From the NCBI GenBank assembly GCA_903945375.1, contig CAJAVP010000036.1, positions 18,659-82,658 on the forward strand: a stretch of DNA of 64,000 bases, in the 5' to 3' direction. Position numbers and translations under genes: made by a program. The notes below the pieces were generated by a model. That model did not search any database, was not told the origin of the DNA, and was given only the letters and a program-made list of their open reading frames with translations. This document shows, in pieces, positions 9,260 through 17,300 of this stretch. Source of the DNA: an uncultured Methylococcaceae bacterium (GTDB lineage: Bacteria; Pseudomonadota; Gammaproteobacteria; Methylococcales; Methylomonadaceae). Every line of letters starts with the position of its first letter. The stretch's first letter is position 1.

Positions 9260-9760
9260 TTGTTTGCAGATATCGCTATGATTTATGATATGAAGCCTGA
9301 TGATATAGCAGGCATTTATCAGGCAACCACCCTACATTTATTTTGTGGTATATCGAGACGTGTGTTTTATAGCGATATTGAAACTCCCTTTCCTGATGGT
9401 AAATTAATTGTATCAATTACTGACAGAGAAGGAATTATTACTCATGTCAATAAAGCTTTCGTGGAAATGTCAGGTTATACCGATGAAGAATTATTAGGCT
9501 CTCCTCATTCCATTTTAAGACATCCCGATATGCCAGCCTTTGCATTCAAAGAATTATGGGATACCGTCAGTGTGGGTGGGCGCTGGCAAGGTTATGTAAA
9601 AAATCTTCGTAAGGATGGAGGTTACTACTGGGTTAAAGCGACAGTAATACCTAACATCAGAGATGGCAAAATTGTTAGCTACACCTCGATACGTCGGAAG
9701 CCTTCTCGCGCCAAAGTAGAGGAGTGCATTGAGATTTATCGGAGGTTGTCTGCTGCATAA
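9260..9760 (+). CDS. Stand-alone Aer-type (FAD-binding) PAS domain protein; start may be 9278 or 9290
   Basis: VNKAFVEMSGY...PHSILRHPDMP...LWDT...WQGYVKNLRKDGGYYWV closely parallels the E. coli Aer PAS; no TM, HAMP or MCP domain. Confidence 0.85.
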   Translation: MFADIAMIYDMKPDDIAGIYQATTLHLFCGISRRVFYSDIETPFPDGKLIVSITDREGIITHVNKAFVEMSGYTDEELLGSPHSILRHPDMPAFAFKELWDTVSVGGRWQGYVKNLRKDGGYYWVKATVIPNIRDGKIVSYTSIRRKPSRAKVEECIEIYRRLSAA

Positions 9761-10034
9761 TGTATTGATATTGTGGATACGCCTTATCTAGCTAAGGTTT
9801 TTTATAAAACACATGACTATTTTTTCCATATCTAATCGATTATAACGAGCGGTAACCCACTTTAATTTTTCTGTTGTCGATTTGTTTGAATCTTATTTTA
9901 TCGAAACCAGGGGAATATAAAAAACAATCGCAATAAATTAACGTAATCGTTCAGCCACGCACGCTGATCTCTGTTGCACGAGCTGTCAACGACACTAAGC
10001 GCTTTCAAAAATAACTATAAAAGGCAAGGATACC

Positions 10035-10781
10035 GTGTTATACCAATTTGCAGTCAGTCCAGATTTTTCGCCAAATTTTTTACCCGGATGGTATGTTTTC
10101 AATACCTGGTTACAAAAACAAACTAAGCAAAATTTTCATTTAGAAATTTATCAAAGTTTTCAAGCGCAGCAAGAAGCGCTGTCTCGACAGGAAATAGATC
10201 TCATGTATGCGAGTGCGTTTGATGCGGCTATGTTAGTGCGTGAAAATGGCTTTTTACCCGTAGTTAAAGCGGAAGGCTTTTCAGATGAAGCCGTTATAGT
10301 CGCTAGTGCAGAAAATCCAATTAATGAAATAATCGGTTTGAGCGCGGGAACTAAAGTCGCTATAACAGCAAACCCAGATGTTTATATGATGGGTATGATT
10401 ATGTTAGAGTCAGCGGATTTAAGTGCTAATAACATCCAATTTGTTAATTGTGATACTTATGTGACCGTAGCAAAACAGTTACTGCGGGCGCAAGCCGATG
10501 TAGGCTTCTTTCTTGCTGAAGCCTACGATGCTTTTTCGGATACTATTAAAAGCAAGCTAAAGGTTTTAGTTAGGAGTCAAATCAGCCTTATACATCACTG
10601 CCTAATCGTCGGCTCTAACTTAACCCATCAGCGTGCAGAACTGCAAAAAATACTGCTGGGAATGGCACAAAATGAAAAGGGCAGAAGCGCTTTAAAAAGC
10701 TTGGGTTTTTCATCATGGGTTAGTGTTGATGATGAGAATATGGCATTTATGATTGATGTGATGAATGCGCTGGCATCCTGA
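10035..10781 (+). CDS. PhnD/SsuA/transferrin-like substrate-binding-fold protein lacking a signal peptide
   Basis: IDLMYASAFDAAMLVRENGFLPV, ADVGFF motifs; polar N-terminus. Confidence 0.7.
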   Translation: MLYQFAVSPDFSPNFLPGWYVFNTWLQKQTKQNFHLEIYQSFQAQQEALSRQEIDLMYASAFDAAMLVRENGFLPVVKAEGFSDEAVIVASAENPINEIIGLSAGTKVAITANPDVYMMGMIMLESADLSANNIQFVNCDTYVTVAKQLLRAQADVGFFLAEAYDAFSDTIKSKLKVLVRSQISLIHHCLIVGSNLTHQRAELQKILLGMAQNEKGRSALKSLGFSSWVSVDDENMAFMIDVMNALAS

Positions 10782-10819
10782 CACGTGTTAGTCAACACAT
10801 TGCAAAAATAACTGATTAG

Positions 10820-11383
10820 TTATTGGTCAGATGGCTTTTTATAGCCAGACCACATGGACTTGACTAAATTTTCGCCGTGTAAATAACTTTCCACAATGAC
10901 GCCTATAATATGAAATATAACCAGTGCAACGGTGAAGTTTGCAAAAAGCTCATGCAGATCCTCCCAGAGCGCTTCATTAGCTGAGCCAATGCCTGCTAAG
11001 GGCCCTGCGTTTTGGTCGGCACCATAAACAGCAACGCCGGTCAAGGTAGTTATCAGTAGACTGATTAATAAGAAGACAATCATCATCGCACCAGCGGGAT
11101 TGTGACCTAGGTAGCGCGTGGCTGTTTTGTGTCTAAGGTCTTGTAAATACCTTATGGCTGTTGTAGGTTTACATAGGAAGCTTGAAAAACGAGCATACTT
11201 ACTCCCTAAAAAACCCCACAGTAACCGAAAGCACAGTAAGCCGAATACGCCATAACCCGACCAAACATGAACAGCTAACAACTCATCTTCGGTCACATAG
11301 CAAATCAAAAAACCGATAACCAGTAACCAATGAAAAATTCTTAAAGGTAAATCCCAAACTTTGCATAATTCTTGTGAGTTCAT
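10820..11383 (-). CDS. Cytochrome b (Ni/Fe-hydrogenase cyt b / b561-like) membrane protein
   Basis: VWDLPLRIFHW, HVWSGY, GHNP.G, DLHE and FHIIGV heme-ligand His motifs. Confidence 0.85.
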   Translation of the reverse strand: MNSQELCKVWDLPLRIFHWLLVIGFLICYVTEDELLAVHVWSGYGVFGLLCFRLLWGFLGSKYARFSSFLCKPTTAIRYLQDLRHKTATRYLGHNPAGAMMIVFLLISLLITTLTGVAVYGADQNAGPLAGIGSANEALWEDLHELFANFTVALVIFHIIGVIVESYLHGENLVKSMWSGYKKPSDQ

Positions 11384-11631
11384 ATTAAAAATCCAGATAA
11401 ATTAAAAGTAAAACAGTGGTGAGCGCTCATGATCTGTGCGAATATAAATCTAGCGACTACTAATATACCGTTAAGTCGCTTTACTTAGCTAACATAAAAA
11501 GCCAGTTTTTATGCAGATTCCTCAAATACTTTATCGTAATGCGATACAGATAATAATTAACACGTGTTCAGTGAAGGATGAACCGTAAATAACCCCAAAG
11601 TTTCCCTTAGATTAAACAAAGTAACACGATT

Positions 11632-12138
11632 ATGACATTATTCATTCAATATCTTCAGCTCTGCTGGTTTACTAATAATCCAATTAAGTTATACCCCTCT
11701 CAATCATTCCTTTGGCGATCTGTGCTGTTTTACTTAGGTTCTGGAATTATTGTCGAAGCCAATATCAGCGACCCTGCGGATGCAACGCTTGAGGTGGGGA
11801 TGCGGACATTGGTGGCGCTCTCACTACTCACCGTCTTAGTATTTTTTAACAAAGTTAAGCCCTTGTTCAACCAATTATTGATCGCGGTCTTCATGTGTGA
11901 AAATGTGATGGTGACTTTAGGTATTTTTGTTGAAATTTATGATGCCTTTGCTAGAGGTACACCTTATGAAGATGTGCCGACTTTTCTTGGTGTGGTGTTA
12001 ATTGTTTGGTATATGGCCATTATTAGTTATATTTTTCGTCAAGTATTCCAATTCAGAATGGCTAGTAGTATCAGTTTGGCCATTGGCTATTTTCTTGCCA
12101 CTTATGGTGGACCATTTTTAGTAATGGAAGTGATCTAA
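11632..12138 (+). CDS. Hypothetical multi-TM membrane protein
   Basis: 168-aa ORF with about 5 hydrophobic segments and ATG start. Confidence 0.65.
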   Translation: MTLFIQYLQLCWFTNNPIKLYPSQSFLWRSVLFYLGSGIIVEANISDPADATLEVGMRTLVALSLLTVLVFFNKVKPLFNQLLIAVFMCENVMVTLGIFVEIYDAFARGTPYEDVPTFLGVVLIVWYMAIISYIFRQVFQFRMASSISLAIGYFLATYGGPFLVMEVI

Positions 12139-12154
12139 TCGATTAGGTGTTACG

Positions 12155-12199
12155 CAACATTGCCAAGAAGCTAGGGCTAATGCCTAATTGGCAATGTTG
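12155..12199. terminator. Inverted repeat between convergent genes
   Basis: CAACATTGCCAA ... TTGGCAATGTTG perfect 12-bp stem. Confidence 0.5.
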
Positions 12200-12274
12200 G
12201 CATTAAGTAGTCGTGCAAAAGTTTTTTAACAAAAGTGGGAGGGGTCAAAGCCGCCCCCACAGACTACTTAGCGA

Positions 12275-13444
12275 TCAAGATGCCGTGTCACCTAACCAAT
12301 ATTGTCGATAGTCTTCAAAGGTATAGTGTTTAACTCGTGTTATGCCAGTGGCTCTATGGCAGTAAATATCTGGCAGATTATAGCCATTAAATCGGTTGGC
12401 TTTGACCAGCGTATAAGCACCAACCCGTTCAAAAATGACGCGATCGCCCAATTGTAACGGCGCATCAAAGCGATATTCACCAAAAATATCCCCTGCGAGA
12501 CAACTACTGCCAGCTAAGATAACCGGAAAACGACCTTTGACATGATGACCTATGGCAGAAGCTTGGATTTGATACTCAAATACCTCGGGATGATGATTGA
12601 CTGAGCTGTCGAGTACCGCAATGCTTTTGCCTTCACTGACGAAGCTGTCAATGACGGTGGTGACTAAATAGCCGCAGTGTCCGACTAAACCGTTGCCCGG
12701 TTCAATATAAACGTCTACATCGTAGCGATTTTTTAACTGAGCAACGGCCGCTAATAAAGGGCTGTGATCGGTCATTTCTTTCAATAAATAACCGCCACCT
12801 AGATTGATCCAGTCTAATTTACCGAGTTTATCACCCAAAAATAGGGTTAATTTATCGAGAGTTTGTAGCAAGGGCTGATAGCTATTTGCAGCAAATAAAG
12901 TGTGAATATGCAGACCGCGTACACGATCAATAGCTGAATCTTGCCAGAGCGCATCGATATCCACACCTAGTTTAGAAAATTTTCGACAGGGATTGTAGCG
13001 ATCGTCTTTAATAAACGACAGTTTAGGATTCACGCGTAAACCCACCGCACAGTGAGGCGCCACTTGCTCAGCAAAACGTTGATGTTGTGAGAGTGAGTTG
13101 AAACTGATATGACTACATAAGTGGGTCAGTTCTTTAACTTCATCCGCTCTAATGCCGGGCGTACACAAATGCAAACTGCCTTGACCACCGGCTAAGACTT
13201 CAGCGGCTAAACGCGCTTCAAATAAAGAGCTAACGGAAAAACCATCCACCAGCGGTTTTATCACATCAAGAATCGGATAAAATGGCAGCGATTTAATGGA
13301 ATACAATAACTTGCAAGCATTTTTCGCCCGCAAGACTTGGCAGGCGTTGAGGGTTGTTTGGAGTTCAACCTCATCAAATACAAAGGCGGGCGAGGTTGGA
13401 ATTTGCGTTTTTAGGGCGATACTATCCATTATTTTTCCGATCAA
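12275..13444 (-). CDS. PLP-dependent decarboxylase, Orn/DAP/Arg family, carboxynorspermidine decarboxylase (NspC)-like
   Basis: PAFVFDE, YSIKS (PLP Lys), SSLFEARLA, RVNP, SKLG, NLGGGY, IEPG, SCLAGDIFGEY motifs. Confidence 0.75.
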   Translation of the reverse strand: MIGKIMDSIALKTQIPTSPAFVFDEVELQTTLNACQVLRAKNACKLLYSIKSLPFYPILDVIKPLVDGFSVSSLFEARLAAEVLAGGQGSLHLCTPGIRADEVKELTHLCSHISFNSLSQHQRFAEQVAPHCAVGLRVNPKLSFIKDDRYNPCRKFSKLGVDIDALWQDSAIDRVRGLHIHTLFAANSYQPLLQTLDKLTLFLGDKLGKLDWINLGGGYLLKEMTDHSPLLAAVAQLKNRYDVDVYIEPGNGLVGHCGYLVTTVIDSFVSEGKSIAVLDSSVNHHPEVFEYQIQASAIGHHVKGRFPVILAGSSCLAGDIFGEYRFDAPLQLGDRVIFERVGAYTLVKANRFNGYNLPDIYCHRATGITRVKHYTFEDYRQYWLGDTAS

Positions 13445-14328
13445 AACTCGAATACGGTACGAAAAATAGCATAGTCTCCTGGAATATGATTGTTGACATT
13501 GTATTCATGCAACCATTTCACCGCAAACATGACATCTTTCTGTCCCATTTTAACGGTGTACATGAGCGCAGGGCCTATGCTGTTATATTCGGCCAAGGCG
13601 AGATTAGCGGGAACACCACTGCCCGTATCGGGGGTGACTTGTCGATAATACGAGCCTGCGATACCCAAGCCAAATTGGGGGGTCAGATAATAGCCGCCCA
13701 TAAAATCAAAATGTAATTCGTCACCGGTGCGGTAATGGGTCGCCGAGTTTTCACTGTTCACCATGTAACCCAGCATGACCGATAAATCGAAATTAGTGCC
13801 TTTGGGAAGCCAAGTCAGTCCCAAATTCGTATCGGATGTCCAATAATTACGCCCTGAGTTTAATCCTCGCGTTTTTTCAAATGAGCCGGTTGGTAAGACG
13901 ACCCCTTCAAAAGCCAAAATGGATAGCTCATGCCATTGCCAAGATAAGGCGATGGGCAGCGCATACATATCGCCAGCACCACCACGACTGGCGCGGTTTT
14001 TTGCGCCGCCACTAGAGCTGACCGAATCGGTATACAACACGTTAGGGAAAAATCCCACCCAGTAATTGCCGCCAGCAATTTTTGTTTCTGTTACCCGAAT
14101 CACGCCGGGCAATTCAAACAGCATATTGCTACCGTTGCCATCATCGCCGGAGGTGTTATAGCCCATAAAGCTGCTGACATAATTACCCGGCGCAGGTGCG
14201 ACCGCCATACCGAAATCACCGTAGAAGCCAGGGGTGTAACTGCTGCTGCCATTTTCAGCTGCAAGGCAGGATAACGGAGCGATTAAAAGGAGGGTAGTGC
14301 TGAGTTGGTAAGGTTTGTTAATGATCAT
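13441..14328 (-). CDS. SphA / MetA-pathway-type outer-membrane beta-barrel transporter
   Basis: Signal peptide; AENGSSSYTPG, GDMY, PTGSF, N.GRNYW, Y.TGDELH motifs; terminal aromatic residue (FEF). Confidence 0.75.
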   Translation of the reverse strand: MIINKPYQLSTTLLLIAPLSCLAAENGSSSYTPGFYGDFGMAVAPAPGNYVSSFMGYNTSGDDGNGSNMLFELPGVIRVTETKIAGGNYWVGFFPNVLYTDSVSSSGGAKNRASRGGAGDMYALPIALSWQWHELSILAFEGVVLPTGSFEKTRGLNSGRNYWTSDTNLGLTWLPKGTNFDLSVMLGYMVNSENSATHYRTGDELHFDFMGGYYLTPQFGLGIAGSYYRQVTPDTGSGVPANLALAEYNSIGPALMYTVKMGQKDVMFAVKWLHEYNVNNHIPGDYAIFRTVFEF

Positions 14329-14368
14329 GGTTGGTTCTTGTTAAATTAAAAAAAATAGGGTACTGACA

Positions 14369-17300
14369 TCAATGATGTCTCGTTGGTTGAGAATAATCGA
14401 GGTTTACTATTTGGGGGCTATTTGCATCAAAGGCTTCGACATCGTTTGTTATTTGTCGACTCAGTGGATAGCTTGACTTAATGCCTTCGAGAGAATTGAG
14501 CGCAGCGGCGAAATCATAGTGTTCGATTTGTTTGTCTAACAGGAAGATCTGATTATTGTCAGAATATTTTGTTAACGCAGGTTTTAGTGTCTGCCAAAGC
14601 TCGTAACTTTGGGCATCGTCTTCAGATAAAAGTTGTTCTAGTTTTTGCAAGTCATCAAAAATTTGCTCAGGGCTATTTATAATGACAGGCAAAGGCTTAT
14701 CTTGTTCGCCTAGGTGGGTGATGAGTTCACAAGTCCGGCTGAGTTCTGTACCTAGCAGTGAAATATTGCTTTCAATTTCAGCGGTTTCTGTTTCATGACG
14801 AAATTGCGTTTCTAAATTACGGGCAATTTTTTTTATTTTTTCAGTTCCTAAGGTTGCCGCGAGGCTTTTTAATGTATGGACATGTAATTGTGCTTCGTGA
14901 AAATTTTTATTAGCCAATAAAATGGTTAATGTTTCAGCATCTTGCTGATGATTCTTGACAAACTGATTCAGCATTTTGAAATACAGTGAACGATTGCCAT
15001 TAAAATAATGGAGTCCAATTTGCAAATCGAGTAACGATGATTGTGCGGAAGTGGACTCGTCGCCAATCGATGAAGGGAAGAGCGAGGCAGGAGACGTTAC
15101 CTTATCCATTGGTGTCGTCAGCCATTGCGTTAAAATAGCGTGTAAAACCTGAGGTTCGACAGGTTTCGTTAAATAATCATTCATGCCCGCATCGAGGCAT
15201 CGCTGTCTATCTTCTGTGAAGGCATTTGCTGTCATGGCGATAATGGGAATGGACTTGCCGAGTTCTAGCGTTCTAATGATGCGAGTGGCCTCCAGACCAT
15301 CCATGACGGGCATTTGCATATCCATCAGAATTAAATCGTAACTTTTTGCGGTTATTTTTTCCACGGCAGTTAAGCCATTAGCCGCAACCTCGACGTGTAA
15401 GCCCAAGCTTTCTAATAAATCTTTGGCAACTTCTTGGTTGATGACATTATCTTCGACAAGTAGTAGGTGTGCGCCAAGACGAATATCTTTGTCAGCGGGA
15501 ATCGGGTTAATGGTGTTCTTACCAATGCCTTTGTGTAAGGGTAATGTAAACCAAAATGTACTACCTTTACCAATCTGGCTGCGAACCCCCAATTCTCCGC
15601 CCATGAGTTCGGCTAAGCGTTTACTAATGGTTAAGCCCAGTCCTGTGCCCCCATATTTTCTGGATGTTGAATTTTGCGCTTGCTCAAAAGCAATAAATAT
15701 CCGAGCTTGTTGCTGCTCCGTTAGACCAATGCCGGTATCTTCCACCTCAACTTGAAGCCTGATGGTATTTTCAGTTTCTTGCAAAATAAGCGCTCTGAGT
15801 ATGATTTCCCCGCGTTCGGTGAATTTAATGGCGTTGCTAAGATAGTTGAGCATGATTTGATCCACGCGCAATGAGTCCCCCAGCAATACTAAATGACTGA
15901 GTTTAGAGTCGACTTCAACAGAAAATAGCAAGCCTTTTTCATCAATACGTTCTTTGAGCATACTACAGACATGGTTGATACTGGCAGCCATATTAAATTC
16001 AGTTTCTTCAATATTCATTCGATTCGCTTCAATTTTTGATAAATCGAGGATGTCATTAATAATACCTTGAAGATGTTCCGCCGATTCAGTGACTTTACTG
16101 AGTCGTTGCAATTGACGCGCATCGGTTATTTCCCGCTGAATCAAATACGTTAAACCGAGAATGGCATTCATGGGCGTACGAATTTCGTGGCTCATATTGG
16201 CTAAGAACGTGCTTTTGGCTTGACTTGCGGCTTCTGCTGATTCTTTTGCTTGGCGTAATTGAACTTCAATTTGTTTGCGTAGCGTAATATCGGTATGAAT
16301 ACCAACAGCTCGACGGGCATTACCGTATTCATCATGATCAACAACCTTGCCTTTACTTAAAATCCACCGATAATTACCGTCTTTGCCAAGCATTCTGAAT
16401 TCAATTTCAAATCCACCGTCTGTTTGTAAAAGCTTTTCAACCAATTCCAAGGCTTTGCAGTTATCATCCGGGTGTAATAAATCGAGCCAAGTGGGAGAAA
16501 CATAGTATTGGCTTTCCCATCCTAGTGTTAGAGGCTCTTCAGAAATTGATGAATTAGTGATATTAATGCGGCTTGATGCAAAATCGTCCGCTTCATAACC
16601 TAGCATGGTAAAGTAGGATTTGTTGTAGCAGGCTAAGTTATTGACAATATCCCAATCCCAAATACCATCACTACTGGCATCGGCGGCATAAACAAAACGT
16701 TGTTCGCTAGAGACTAATTTACGGTTGAGTAACTCTAGGGCGCTGGTACGGTCAACGACCAACTCTTCTAGGTGTTGCTGATAGGCTTCAAGTTCTGACT
16801 GTACCCGCTTCTTTTCCGTGATATCTTCTTTAATCGCCAAATAGTGCGTAATATTGCCGTCTGCTTGGCGGACGGGGGAAATTTGCACAAACTCGATCAC
16901 TTCCTCGCCATTTTTACGTTGATTAATTAATTCCCCGCTCCATTTGATACCTTGGTTAAGATTCGACCACATCGCGTCAAAAACTTGGGAATTGGTTTTT
17001 CCTGATTTAATGAAGCCTGGATTTTTACCCAAAACTTCCTCGCGTTTATAACCACTGATATTGAGAAAATGCTCGTTGACGTATTCAATTTGTGCATCCG
17101 TGTTGCAAATAACAATGCTATTAGGACTTTGCTCGACGGCTAACCAGAGTTTACGTAAATCATCTTCTGATTTTTTGCGCTCAGTAATATCACGGTCAAT
17201 GCCTTGAAAACCTTGTAATTGACCCTCGTTATCTAAAATAGCGGTACTGTTAGATTCCAGATAAAGAAATTCTCCCCGTGAATTTTGCCAGCGCAGTACG

